Of a stretch of DNA of 64,000 bases, positions 50,723 to 61,076 are shown piece by piece. This DNA comes from a virus (taxonomy: Duplodnaviria > Caudoviricetes), in IMG/VR virus record IMGVR_UViG_2974671799_000001, positions 32,001-96,000 of that record. One strand, given 5' to 3'. The notes under the pieces were generated by a model. That model was not told the origin of the DNA. It searched no databases and saw nothing but the letters and a program-made list of their open reading frames with translations. Position 1 is the first letter of the stretch; each line of letters starts with the position of its first letter. A program made the translations under genes and the position numbers.

Positions 50723-53500
50723 ATGGCATTAGAGGAAAGTTTAAATACGGGGAGCAACAGAAGTTCCTCAATTGATTACATATTTAATAATAAAGATGAA
50801 CATACTATAGAAGATGTTTATAAAGCCGTTGTTGGTGATAACGAAACATTATACGAAATAACTAAAAAGTCTGATAAAAAATTGGATATGATAGTTTCTT
50901 CTATTTCCGCTAGTAATTCATATTTAGCAAGTATCGAAGCACATTTAGCTATGGGTCAAAACTTCGATTCTATGGAAGCATTTAAACATGGTGCAATACT
51001 TAGTGTTGATTTAACAGCCGAGGGTGATGCAAAAGATTTTATGCAATCTCTTACAAAATTGGCTGAATTAGATGATATTCAATTAATATCTGTAGCAAAT
51101 GGCTTAGATAATATTGCATTATCACTAGATAAGATATTAGAAAAAGATTATTCAAAATCAAAGCCAATATTAACAACCATTGAAGCAATGGTTACGGGTC
51201 TTGTAAAACTTAATGAATCAATACCAAATTTCAAAATGATTGGTGGTATCGCGGCAGGTCTAGCACTTTTAGGTTTATCAATAGCAGGTTTTACAGCTTT
51301 AGTTGGTTTTGATTCAATCTTATTACTGGGTGCAACTTTTGGTGGATTGGCTTTAGTATCACATTTATTAAATGGTGTTAAGACAGATTTATTAAACGCA
51401 TCATTTGGAATTGCTACAATGGGTCTTTCTATTTGGGCTTTCACAGAACTTGTAAACCCATCAATGTTATTCGAATTTAGTGCATCACTTTTAGGATTAG
51501 GTACAGCAATAGCAATTTATGACGGTGCTTTCGGTAAGAGTTCTATGTCAGTTAGTAAATACCTTTTACAATTAGCTCTAGGTGTTGGCGGTCTTGGGTT
51601 GGCATTAATGCCTTACGATAATGTTGAATGGTCTTCTATTGCAAAAGCTTCTACAGCAATTACAGGTGTTGGTCTTGCAGGTTCTTTACTTAAAAAATCA
51701 AATCCTAAAGACGCTTTAACACTTGGAGCATTAGCATTATCAACAGGTGTTTTAGGTTTATCATTGATGTCTTTTAAAGATATAGCTATAGAAGATGTGA
51801 CTACAGCATTAATTGCTATGACTGGAATGGTTGGTGTTGGATATTTAGCGGGAAAATTAGGTAAAAACTCACTTATAGGTGCTTTAGCACTTGGTGGTAT
51901 AGGTCTTTCAATGATTGCTATAGCAAAAGGTTTAGATTCTATTAAAGGTTTAGGTCTTACATTAGATGATGCAGGTGTTATAGCAGGAACAATTGGATTG
52001 ACGGCAGGGGCTTTTAGTGCTTTGGGTATTCCTGTTGTTGCCGCTCTTATTGGTACTGGTGCTATTGTAGCATTAAGTATGGGTGCAGGTTTAGCAACAT
52101 TATCATGGGGATTGAATAAAGTAGCTACAGTAAACTTAGGTGTTGAACAAGCACAAAACTTCGCTGATAGTGTTATTTTGGTTAAAGATGCTATAGCGCA
52201 AATTGGTGAGAGTGGTGGTTTGACAAGTTTACTTTCGGGTATTGCTCAATCAGCTTTAATAACTGGTGCAACTTTACCACTAGTTTTAGCGGTTAATATG
52301 GTCAATAAAGTGAAAGCACCTAAAGAAGAAACATTAACAGGATTTAGTAATACTGTGATGAGGTTAAAAGATACATTCACACAATTTGGATTCTTAGACC
52401 TTGCTGAACTCGCCGCAGTTACACCAGTTATGCTTTTAATGGCAACAACAACTGTGGCATTAGGTGGTGCTATAAACTTATTCACGAAACTATCAACAAC
52501 AAAGGAAAATGTTGATAGTGCTGTATCTACACTAGATTCTTTCTTAATAGGTATTCATGCATCATTCGCAAAACATGATGATGAAAGTTTTGATGTTCTA
52601 AGAAAGGGTATCGATTCTACTATGAATCTAGGTCTATTACTGAAAAACCTTTCTATGGGTATTAATGAAATTAGTGTTCATATGAAAAATAATACTGATT
52701 TCAAAGGAATAGGTGAAAGTGTTGGTTCAATGTTGATGGCTTTAACAGACCCTTTAGCACAGATTGGAAGTCAAAAAGATAGTATTAGTATTGGTGGTTT
52801 CAATATAACAAATCCTTTTTCAAATAAGGTTGAAAATGGTATTGATGCACTTAGAAATATCGGTTCTGTATTCACTCCATTATCTGATATGGTTAAGATT
52901 TTTGCAAATGATACGGATGGAACATTAGTACAAAAGTTTGGAACAAATATAAGAGGTATTTTAGGAACGTTAAGTGAAGTATTCGTAGAGTTTCAAGATA
53001 CTGAAAATCAAGGAATGGAATTTCTTTATGAGGCTACTGATAACACATCATCATTTATAAAGACTTTAACAGGTGCTAATTATGAGGGTGCTAGTAAGGG
53101 TCTTAAATCTGTTTCAGCATCTACAGTTGTTATGAGAGATTCAATAAATAATATGGATTTGGAAAAGTTGTCTAAATTAAACGATTTATTCCATAATATG
53201 AATATGTTGAATGAGGGTGAAGGAATTGAAAAATTAGTAGAGGCTTTAGGAAATTTTGTTGAAGCATTAATGACAGCAAATAGTTCAACAGTTACTAATA
53301 ACAATAACGAGACAAACAAAACAACTAATAAAACAGAAAAAGGCGAATCTAAAGATATTAAACCTATAAAGGATATGGATGAATTAGCCAACGTTTTATC
53401 TAGTGGTAATACTGATATTGTAGAATCGTTAAGAGAGTTATTAGAATATTTACAAAGTGGTGATTTAACAGCTACTGTAGAAGTAAAAGAAGGTTTTTAA
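50723..53500 (+). CDS. Tail tape measure protein
   Basis: 925 aa, Ala/Gly/Leu-rich repeating hydrophobic helices (GL.LGLS units), late promoter. Confidence 0.65.
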   Translation: MALEESLNTGSNRSSSIDYIFNNKDEHTIEDVYKAVVGDNETLYEITKKSDKKLDMIVSSISASNSYLASIEAHLAMGQNFDSMEAFKHGAILSVDLTAEGDAKDFMQSLTKLAELDDIQLISVANGLDNIALSLDKILEKDYSKSKPILTTIEAMVTGLVKLNESIPNFKMIGGIAAGLALLGLSIAGFTALVGFDSILLLGATFGGLALVSHLLNGVKTDLLNASFGIATMGLSIWAFTELVNPSMLFEFSASLLGLGTAIAIYDGAFGKSSMSVSKYLLQLALGVGGLGLALMPYDNVEWSSIAKASTAITGVGLAGSLLKKSNPKDALTLGALALSTGVLGLSLMSFKDIAIEDVTTALIAMTGMVGVGYLAGKLGKNSLIGALALGGIGLSMIAIAKGLDSIKGLGLTLDDAGVIAGTIGLTAGAFSALGIPVVAALIGTGAIVALSMGAGLATLSWGLNKVATVNLGVEQAQNFADSVILVKDAIAQIGESGGLTSLLSGIAQSALITGATLPLVLAVNMVNKVKAPKEETLTGFSNTVMRLKDTFTQFGFLDLAELAAVTPVMLLMATTTVALGGAINLFTKLSTTKENVDSAVSTLDSFLIGIHASFAKHDDESFDVLRKGIDSTMNLGLLLKNLSMGINEISVHMKNNTDFKGIGESVGSMLMALTDPLAQIGSQKDSISIGGFNITNPFSNKVENGIDALRNIGSVFTPLSDMVKIFANDTDGTLVQKFGTNIRGILGTLSEVFVEFQDTENQGMEFLYEATDNTSSFIKTLTGANYEGASKGLKSVSASTVVMRDSINNMDLEKLSKLNDLFHNMNMLNEGEGIEKLVEALGNFVEALMTANSSTVTNNNNETNKTTNKTEKGESKDIKPIKDMDELANVLSSGNTDIVESLRELLEYLQSGDLTATVEVKEGF

Positions 53501-53519
53501 TTTTTAAATCGCAAATAAA

Positions 53520-53882
53520 ATGGAAGTAGTAGAATTTATTAAACAACATATACATTATATCCTAGTTTTAGGATATTTTGTATATTTAATGGTTATATTT
53601 AGAAGTAAAGAGTTAAGAAAGAACTTTTTACAAGCACATAAAGAGAAATCCGAGTATAGTTGGACTCGTTTTATGGGTACATTTATAGTTACAACGGCTA
53701 TGGTTATCGCCCTAACATCTTTATTGATGGGTAAAGAAGCTAATGTTACTTTAATTTCTTTAATGTTGGCTACAGCTTTTGGTGGCAAAGTTTTACAGAA
53801 AAGAACAGAAAACGGTGAAAGTATATTTACTTTTACAAAGAATAAAAAAGATAATACAGAAGATGATGAAAATACTAAGTAA
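53520..53882 (+). CDS. Putative holin
   Basis: 120 aa, three TMs, charged C-tail, upstream of spanin-like pair. Confidence 0.55.
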   Translation: MEVVEFIKQHIHYILVLGYFVYLMVIFRSKELRKNFLQAHKEKSEYSWTRFMGTFIVTTAMVIALTSLLMGKEANVTLISLMLATAFGGKVLQKRTENGESIFTFTKNKKDNTEDDENTK

Positions 53883-54246
53883 TTTCACAATAAAGGATGT
53901 TCTTTACTTTTTGATACTTTTCGTGATTGGTTATTTTTTATATCAAAACTTAAACGGTGTTGATACTAAATATATGAAATCACTTGAAGACAAAAAAGTA
54001 GAATATCAAAATAGAATCGATTCTTTAAAGAATGTCGTTTCTAAAGGTAAGGACTCAATCAAAGTTTTTGATGAGAAGATTAAACGGTATGAAAAAGTAC
54101 TTGTTGAAAAGAATATTAAAATTAAAACTTTAAAGGATGAAATCAAATATAAAAAAGAAGTCATTAATAACAGCGATGTTAGTTTTTCTTATGACATTGT
54201 TTATAAACACCTCGACAGTATCAGCACAACAAATAAGAAAAATTAA
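53779..54246 (+). CDS. i-spanin-like protein
   Basis: Likely start MMKILSNF; N-terminal TM plus long coiled coil. Confidence 0.5.
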   Translation: MVAKFYRKEQKTVKVYLLLQRIKKIIQKMMKILSNFTIKDVLYFLILFVIGYFLYQNLNGVDTKYMKSLEDKKVEYQNRIDSLKNVVSKGKDSIKVFDEKIKRYEKVLVEKNIKIKTLKDEIKYKKEVINNSDVSFSYDIVYKHLDSISTTNKKN

Positions 54247-54574
54247 TAAAAACGAATTTGTAATTGATTCATTAGCATTAAAAGATTACGCTACACAAAT
54301 AGAAACGAATAAACGTTTAGAAAAATTAGTTCTTAGATATAGTTCAAAGGTTTTGACTTTGGAAACTTTAGTTGGTGACCTTAAAACACAAAACAAAATG
54401 TATCTAACAAATCAAAATCATTTAGAAAAAATAATTTCAACGAATGAGAAGAAAAATGATGTTGAAAACGAACTAGCAAAAGAGCGTTTGAGATTAACAC
54501 GAAGACAGCGAAACACCGCATATGTTATTACTGGCGCAACTATTATAGTCGCCACAATTTTACTAACAAAATAA
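54137..54574 (+). CDS. Spanin-partner-like coiled-coil protein
   Basis: Overlaps previous gene by 110 nt; signal peptide VSA-Q, coiled coil, C-terminal TM. Confidence 0.45.
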   Translation: MKSNIKKKSLITAMLVFLMTLFINTSTVSAQQIRKINKNEFVIDSLALKDYATQIETNKRLEKLVLRYSSKVLTLETLVGDLKTQNKMYLTNQNHLEKIISTNEKKNDVENELAKERLRLTRRQRNTAYVITGATIIVATILLTK

Positions 54575-54609
54575 AAAAATCCGATTCAATTTTTGAATCG
54601 GATTTTTTT
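54574..54609. terminator. Bidirectional terminator between convergent genes
   Basis: AAAAAATCCGATTCAA/TTGAATCGGATTTTTT. Confidence 0.8.
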
Positions 54610-54610
54610 G

Positions 54611-54889
54611 TTATTGTAACCTTTGCACCATGAATTGAGGCATTCCAATAGGACTATTTGGGTCAATAGCTAAATTTCTAGAAAACTTTTTACATAGTTC
54701 GTTATACTCTCTAACGAACTCGTCGTCTCTAGATTGTTCTAATCTATTTCTTTGAATAGTTCTTTGCTCTTCTTCTGATAGTTGTATTCCTTTAGTCTCT
54801 TCTTGTAGAGCTTCCATTTTCACAACATCATTCTTAGCAACTCTTTTAGCTTTTTGTGTTCCAGTAGCTTTTTCACCTGATTTACTCAT
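54611..54889 (-). CDS. Hypothetical protein
   Basis: Promoter TTTG-N20-TATATTTG at 54919-54950. Confidence 0.65.
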   Translation of the reverse strand: MSKSGEKATGTQKAKRVAKNDVVKMEALQEETKGIQLSEEEQRTIQRNRLEQSRDDEFVREYNELCKKFSRNLAIDPNSPIGMPQFMVQRLQ

Positions 54890-54966
54890 AATAATAAACG
54901 TTTAAAATTAATAAAGTGCAAATATATAACTATTCACACTTTATTCCAAATATTTTTGTCGAAAAA

Positions 54967-56013
54967 TTACCAAGTTCTCTCAATTAGTGTCCTAATCCAT
55001 TCGTCTGTATCAATACACTCATATTTATAATTCCCGATAATCCTTATTTCACCCATAACACCTTCACTTGTTGGTGTTGGTACAACATTACTAGAAGTAA
55101 CACCATAAATTTGTGAAGTGTGTGGTGGTAGTGTTGAACTTGAATTTTGTGTTAAATTACCATCCAAATCATGCCTAGTTGTACCATCTGTAGATAAAAA
55201 TTGTAAAGCTCTACTATTTATTATCCTCAAATTGTTACCAAAAATAACTTCTCTTGTTGTATTAAAATACACATCTTCTGTTAAAAACTCAATTCGATTA
55301 TCAGAAGATGATGCACCTTTTCTAAGCAGTATCGAATTATCCCAACTTAAACCAAAACCTAATATATCAGAATCCGTGTTGAATTTATCCCAATATGGAA
55401 ATTCATGAGGAACAGCTAAAGCACCTAACGCAACTAAAGCATCACCCATTTTTTGAAAATCGTTTAAAGCTGTATGTGTTGTTGACATTAAACCATACAT
55501 TCCACTTAATGTTTGAGTTAATGCAGGGTCGTTCGAAATAACACCATCAACATCTTTTCCAACTAGTATAATATCTAAATCAGTATAATCCGAATTTGTA
55601 GCAAAGTGAATATAATTTTCACGTTCAGTTCCATCAACTTTTCCCCTTTTCCATGATATTAATAATGATTCATCATCATGCATGAATTGACCCATTATGT
55701 TAACAGTTCCCAAGTTATGCTCAACTTCAATAATTGTACTAGCTACGGTATCAACTGTAGCCTCGAACGTTTTAGTTCCTTGAAAATTTATTACAGGTTT
55801 GAAATCGCTATTTGTGATACCACCATCAAAGAAGTAGTATTTTCTAATATTTTCGACATAAACTAACATACCATCATACCTAATACTTTCAGGTAATTGA
55901 GTATCAATTTGGTCTAATGCCGAGATATTATCATATTTATCTATAGGTTCAGCATTCGTTCTTTGAAAAGAAACTTTTAAATCCCTAACCTTTGTATTAT
56001 TATATCCTGCCAT
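54967..56013 (-). CDS. Virion tail/fibre-associated protein
   Basis: EPIDK..RYDGMLVYV domain, EHNLGT, C-terminal GEIRI...YEC...WIR fibre-type motif. Confidence 0.6.
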   Translation of the reverse strand: MAGYNNTKVRDLKVSFQRTNAEPIDKYDNISALDQIDTQLPESIRYDGMLVYVENIRKYYFFDGGITNSDFKPVINFQGTKTFEATVDTVASTIIEVEHNLGTVNIMGQFMHDDESLLISWKRGKVDGTERENYIHFATNSDYTDLDIILVGKDVDGVISNDPALTQTLSGMYGLMSTTHTALNDFQKMGDALVALGALAVPHEFPYWDKFNTDSDILGFGLSWDNSILLRKGASSSDNRIEFLTEDVYFNTTREVIFGNNLRIINSRALQFLSTDGTTRHDLDGNLTQNSSSTLPPHTSQIYGVTSSNVVPTPTSEGVMGEIRIIGNYKYECIDTDEWIRTLIERTW

Positions 56014-57287
56014 TATTCTATAATTTTTGTTGATTGTGTTGGTGTAAGCGAATTAACAACCCAAACCCTAAATTTATAATTTGTTGTAATATTTTCATAA
56101 TCAGAATGTTCTATACCTAAATCGATTGTTACATCATTTGAATAGAACTTTGTTTGTTTGAACGGTCTTCCGTGTTCAACTTTAGTTATAAAACCAACAT
56201 TTGAAACAATCCTAATTTGATTTGTTCCGACTTTATACACATCGAAATCACCATTCGGAACAACCAAAGCAGATTCACCATTTATTGAAACTTCATTTGT
56301 TGTTGATGAAAACATTATATCATTTATAGAATCGAAAGTTTTTTCAAATATCACCACCTCTAAAGTTTTAGCCTCTGTTAATACAGATGTTGTATTCATA
56401 TTAAAAACTGTATATGTGAAACCTGAACCAACACCCCAAGGTTTTATATTACTAACGGTTTGTGTATCGAAAGCACTTGAAATATCTTCACCATCCATCA
56501 TAATTGCAATATCTGCATTTTCTAATGGTAAAGCGAAGTTGATATCTGTAACATCTTTATCAATTTCCAAATAGAATTTATTAGCGAAGTCCAAAACATT
56601 CGGTACAGATTCTAGAATTTCTACATCTGTCATACTTGTAAAGTTAATACCGCTATTTCTAGAAATATTTGTTAAAATTGGTGGTTTTAAATCTAATGAT
56701 ACATCACTATTAATATCATTCGCATCACCAAAAATTCCAGTATTATCATCATTCCCGTGTGAATCTTCTTTAATTACAGAGCCTTGATAACTTATATTAA
56801 CATCCCATGATTGAATCCCTTCTAAAAGTTCAAAATTTGAAACAGTAAATATATTACCTGCTTGAACAACTGGTGTGTTTATACCACTACCCGAAAATGT
56901 ATAACTTGTTATACCTTCTGAATCATTTAATGTAACTATTGCTTCTAATACAACATCAACTTGTTTACCTGATTGTTTTAACTCATCTAAATTTTGTATA
57001 GAAAGTTGAACAGTTGGTTTTGTGTATGTTGGTGCAATCAGAGGGTTAAAAACCTCATCTAATATTTCATTAACAGTCTTACCATCAATATCTGTTCCTG
57101 CGGGAATACCACCGACATCATTAACTGTTGTTGTTGCTGAAAGGTTTTTTACTTTTAGTTTTTCTTCGACAAATTTTCTATTAATAGCATCTTCATCATG
57201 CTCTTCTCCTGAATTTACATCAGGAATCCTAGCATTTTTAATACTATTTTTGTTAAAATCTTTATGTTGTCTTACTTGTATATCCAT
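56013..57287 (-). CDS. Virion structural protein
   Basis: DAINRKFV, VGGIPAGT, PTYTKP, beta-rich; late operon. Confidence 0.6.
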   Translation of the reverse strand: MDIQVRQHKDFNKNSIKNARIPDVNSGEEHDEDAINRKFVEEKLKVKNLSATTTVNDVGGIPAGTDIDGKTVNEILDEVFNPLIAPTYTKPTVQLSIQNLDELKQSGKQVDVVLEAIVTLNDSEGITSYTFSGSGINTPVVQAGNIFTVSNFELLEGIQSWDVNISYQGSVIKEDSHGNDDNTGIFGDANDINSDVSLDLKPPILTNISRNSGINFTSMTDVEILESVPNVLDFANKFYLEIDKDVTDINFALPLENADIAIMMDGEDISSAFDTQTVSNIKPWGVGSGFTYTVFNMNTTSVLTEAKTLEVVIFEKTFDSINDIMFSSTTNEVSINGESALVVPNGDFDVYKVGTNQIRIVSNVGFITKVEHGRPFKQTKFYSNDVTIDLGIEHSDYENITTNYKFRVWVVNSLTPTQSTKIIE

Positions 57288-57288
57288 C

Positions 57289-57849
57289 TTATGAAATTAT
57301 TATAGTTCCACTTAAATCACCGTTCCATGTTAAAACGAATTGTGATGCGCTTGTTTTCTGTATTCCAACTTCCACATTCATACCATTTTCATCATAGATA
57401 TTACAAATAGCATCATTAATAGCATGGTCTATTGTGATAGTTCCTGTTACATCATTGAAATCAGATTTATATTTTGAAGTTGCACCTAATTGAAGCCATT
57501 TTTCGGGTGATGTTATCGGTGTTTCGGATGCTGTTGTGTTACTTATACATATGAACATATTAGCACCAACAGAAGCTGTCTCACCAAGTGTATATGCTTT
57601 TGCTGTGAATGGTTCAAATGTTGAAAGTGAATTACCATCACCTAATTTTGCCCAATGACTTATATCATCACCAATAGCACCATCTTTAAGATAATAAAGT
57701 GTTTTTTCATCTTTTACAAAGATAACCATGTTCGGTATGTTATAATCGGGGTCATTATTGACCGCAACAGATAAACTATCAACGTGTGTTTTTCCGTCCA
57801 TTGGTTGATTACTTTTAGACTCAACCCCACTAAATCCTAATGTTGACAT
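57289..57849 (-). CDS. Virion protein with CBM5/12-like carbohydrate-binding module
   Basis: FTAKAYTLGE..S....FIC.......P......KW; TATAAATA at 57884-57891. Confidence 0.55.
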   Translation of the reverse strand: MSTLGFSGVESKSNQPMDGKTHVDSLSVAVNNDPDYNIPNMVIFVKDEKTLYYLKDGAIGDDISHWAKLGDGNSLSTFEPFTAKAYTLGETASVGANMFICISNTTASETPITSPEKWLQLGATSKYKSDFNDVTGTITIDHAINDAICNIYDENGMNVEVGIQKTSASQFVLTWNGDLSGTIIIS

Positions 57850-57912
57850 ATATTATATTTTTTGGTTTAATAATCTTTTACTTTATTTATACTTCGGAAC
57901 TTATTTAACAAA

Positions 57913-57941
57913 GAAAAGTCCATGCTAAACATGGACTTTTC
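57913..57941 (-). terminator. Intrinsic terminator
   Basis: GAAAAGTCCATG/CATGGACTTTTC. Confidence 0.8.
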
Positions 57942-57991
57942 CTTAGATACGTTAAACGGTACACCGCCCTCCTTTCAGTTAAGGTTAAAAT

Positions 57992-58780
57992 TTATTTATT
58001 TTCTCTTTTTGCTCTATTATTTAATTGTTCTCTTAACATTGCTTGTTGCTTTTCGAACTCCTTTAAAGTTCCTTGACAATAAACAAATCCTGACTTTACA
58101 TTAAATTCAGCTTTAAATTTATTATAATGTGGTGCTAAAGCCATTAATTTAGCTTTAATTTCCTCACCTTTAAATTCTTCACCCATTTCAATATAAGTAC
58201 TTGCTGAAAAATCAATCATCATCATAACAGCAAACTCTTGAATACTTTCTCTAACCTCTGATGCGAAAGCAGATTCATCACTTTTTTTAATACCTAAAGT
58301 TTTAAGAATCATTTTTTGTGTTTTCTTCTCTAATGATGCATACAATTTATTACTTTCTTCTGTAAACATAGAGGTATAATTTGTCATACCTTCAACTGCA
58401 TCAAAAAGTGGTTGTAATAAGTTTTTTGCTTTTGAATTTCCTTTGAAAACGTGTTGTAATAAAATTCTAGGAGCATCATGAGCATTGTAAATATCACAAT
58501 CTTCATACATAGCTCGCATAGTTTTATCTAAACCAGTTCTCTCAAAAACATCTTTAAATAACTTTACAATAAATACACGTCTTAAATATGGTTCTAGTGT
58601 TTTCAATTGATTGATATCTTTGAAAGCATCTTCCATACCTTCACCAATCATTTTTGTTAATCCCGAATTTTCAATTTCTCCAATACATTCGTTTACTGAA
58701 CTTTCAAAAACAGCATCAACTTTTTTAAAATTTGCAGAACCTTCCAAAGATTCCTTAATATAGTCTCTAATATCTCTCAT
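57992..58780 (-). CDS. Putative internal head protein
   Basis: Start MRDIRDYIKESLE lies 1 nt after upstream TAA. Confidence 0.6.
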   Translation of the reverse strand: MRDIRDYIKESLEGSANFKKVDAVFESSVNECIGEIENSGLTKMIGEGMEDAFKDINQLKTLEPYLRRVFIVKLFKDVFERTGLDKTMRAMYEDCDIYNAHDAPRILLQHVFKGNSKAKNLLQPLFDAVEGMTNYTSMFTEESNKLYASLEKKTQKMILKTLGIKKSDESAFASEVRESIQEFAVMMMIDFSASTYIEMGEEFKGEEIKAKLMALAPHYNKFKAEFNVKSGFVYCQGTLKEFEKQQAMLREQLNNRAKRENK

Positions 58781-58781
58781 T

Positions 58782-59594
58782 TTATTTATCCTCTTTAAAT
58801 CTTTCAATTAATCTTAATGTTTCGAATGATTCACCAGTACCCAATTTACCATGTGTATTGAAATCATCTGCAACCTCTTGTGCAACCTTTTTAGTTTTCC
58901 ACGCATTTAAAGCGTGTTCAGGTTTATATTTTTCACTATCATCAAAAATATCAATGATAACAAACTCGTTCCTATGGGTATCAAAAACACCAAAACCTTT
59001 AGGTTCATAATATCCAATCTTTTCACCTTTAGTGTTATAAGCTTGAACCTTAACACCACTCATTTTTTTGGCAACAAATCGTTTTCTATCTTTTGCACTT
59101 TCCAACATATCTAAAAGCTCATAACCGTTTACATTTCTATAAGCCTCATTTTGATAATATGTTTTTGTTGCATCGAACTCAAAAACATTTGAGTTTTCAT
59201 AGTTCTCAGCTATTTTAATAGCTTCTGAGCGACTTTCAGCGACCAAGTAAGGTAAATCTATACCATTTTCATTTTTAATCGTTATAACGTGTGATTTTGC
59301 TTCCAAAATAGCATCATTAATTGATTCTACAATATTGATATTGTAACCTCTTACATACATAAAGAAATCCTTTTTCGTAAGGTCTGTATAAACCATATAC
59401 TCAAATTCCTTATGATAATACTTAGCGATTACCTCTTTTTTGTTTTTAAGATAAACTAAATCATGATATTGACCTTCTTCATCTTTAGCCTCAACAGCTT
59501 TAACACCTTTTTCCTTAACAACTCTTTTAAGAAATAAATCCCAATCATATGTGTCAACAGGGAAGCTATATTTTAAAATATTTGATTTTTTCAT
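58782..59594 (-). CDS. Putative internal head protein
   Basis: Late operon; internal IVE-S, ILE-A, MLE-S candidate protease sites. Confidence 0.55.
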   Translation of the reverse strand: MKKSNILKYSFPVDTYDWDLFLKRVVKEKGVKAVEAKDEEGQYHDLVYLKNKKEVIAKYYHKEFEYMVYTDLTKKDFFMYVRGYNINIVESINDAILEAKSHVITIKNENGIDLPYLVAESRSEAIKIAENYENSNVFEFDATKTYYQNEAYRNVNGYELLDMLESAKDRKRFVAKKMSGVKVQAYNTKGEKIGYYEPKGFGVFDTHRNEFVIIDIFDDSEKYKPEHALNAWKTKKVAQEVADDFNTHGKLGTGESFETLRLIERFKEDK

Positions 59595-60397
59595 TATATG
59601 CGTATTTTATCGAAGTTAATTAATGGTACTTTTAATCCGTTTGATTTGGCTAAAGACCTTAGTTTCTTTTGGTATCTGTTTTTGAAAGTAGCCACAAGTG
59701 TTGCTAATTCTTTATCATTTTTAGCAATCTTCATAAGTTGCGCCTTTTCGTCTCTCGCCTTTTTAGCTCTACCAGTTAGCTTTTTTGGTCTTGCACCCTC
59801 TGTAACTTCTTCCATTTCACATTCACAGTCTTCCATTTTACAAATTTCACAATCCATTTCCTCTCCTTCCATTACTGCCTTGCCTGATTTCACCATAATA
59901 TCATTTGATAACATACCTTTAATTACTATATCTAAAAGCTCATCATCAGATAAGTCATTTAAAGAATTATCTATACCTAAAGTTGTGTCTAAACCTTTAA
60001 CGTATTTTGCGATACTATATATAGTTGCGAAAATCAATCTATCAGTTTTTAAGTGCTTTTTAAACACTTTATGAACATTATCATTTTTCGGTTTTTTAAT
60101 AGCTCTTAACTCATCCATCATTTCGGGATATGCTAAATCATATACCCCTGATTTAAGGAAGTTTAAGAAAAGACCGTCTGTAAACACCATTCTCATGGAT
60201 GCTTCTTTAACAACTTTTATTAATTTCTGACTCTCTTCTTCTGAATATCTCTCGGAAATAGCGTCTAGAATCCGTTGTGGTTGTTCACCATTTGAAAAGT
60301 CTTCCATAATAGCTACAGACTCTTCAATACTAAATTTATTTTCCAACTCAGCACCTTTTAATGCTTTGTTGAAATTAACATATGTTTTTAAACTCAT
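59594..60397 (-). CDS. Putative internal head/core protein
   Basis: MSLKTYVNF; acidic Cys segment then VTE-G and a basic C-terminal domain. Confidence 0.55.
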   Translation of the reverse strand: MSLKTYVNFNKALKGAELENKFSIEESVAIMEDFSNGEQPQRILDAISERYSEEESQKLIKVVKEASMRMVFTDGLFLNFLKSGVYDLAYPEMMDELRAIKKPKNDNVHKVFKKHLKTDRLIFATIYSIAKYVKGLDTTLGIDNSLNDLSDDELLDIVIKGMLSNDIMVKSGKAVMEGEEMDCEICKMEDCECEMEEVTEGARPKKLTGRAKKARDEKAQLMKIAKNDKELATLVATFKNRYQKKLRSLAKSNGLKVPLINFDKIRI

Positions 60398-60399
60398 TT

Positions 60400-60738
60400 T
60401 TATTTCAATTTTTTGAACTTTGATAATTTCGATTCTTCGCGCCTCATTGTAGTAACAAGATAACTTATAACACTCTGTAATTTACCTCTTACAGATACAC
60501 TTCTAAAATAAACCACGAACTCATCATCACCGACTTGTTCTATTAAATATGGTAAACTTATTGCGATAGTTACTGTTGAAATCTTAACAACCACCGAAGC
60601 GAATTTCCCCGAAAAAGTAAAAACATCATATTGAACAAAACGAGCGTGTAATCTAGACTTTAACTCAGAAAAAATTTTATTTGAGAAGTCATTTTTCTCG
60701 AACATTTCATCATCCGATTTTACCTTATAGTTGTTCAT
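60400..60738 (-). CDS. Hypothetical late protein
   Basis: 112-aa ORF in late operon. Confidence 0.6.
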   Translation of the reverse strand: MNNYKVKSDDEMFEKNDFSNKIFSELKSRLHARFVQYDVFTFSGKFASVVVKISTVTIAISLPYLIEQVGDDEFVVYFRSVSVRGKLQSVISYLVTTMRREESKLSKFKKLK

Positions 60739-60739
60739 G

Positions 60740-60994
60740 TTATTTGTGTATTGTTAATTTAAGTGTTTTATCATCATAGGTTAATTCATAATCTGAATCA
60801 GTAATTTCATCAGCAATTGACATTGCAACTTCTTCGGAAGTTGCATACATTCCACCATCCTTACCTTTCTTGAAATCTTCACCTTTTTTGAAACCTAGAC
60901 CTTTAAGAACTTCTTTCGCATCTTTAAAAGAAAGTTCTTTTGAAGATTCCGAAATTTCTAACTCTTCTTTAATGTAATGTGTTATGTCTCGCAT
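60740..60994 (-). CDS. Putative internal head protein
   Basis: MRDITHYIKEELEISE; TATAAATA at 61018-61025. Confidence 0.6.
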   Translation of the reverse strand: MRDITHYIKEELEISESSKELSFKDAKEVLKGLGFKKGEDFKKGKDGGMYATSEEVAMSIADEITDSDYELTYDDKTLKLTIHK

Positions 60995-61076
60995 TTTAAT
61001 ATAATTTTGGTTTTAAGTATTTATAGTTTCAACTTAAAAAAGCCACACAAATATACATAATTTATGTGACTTTTCA

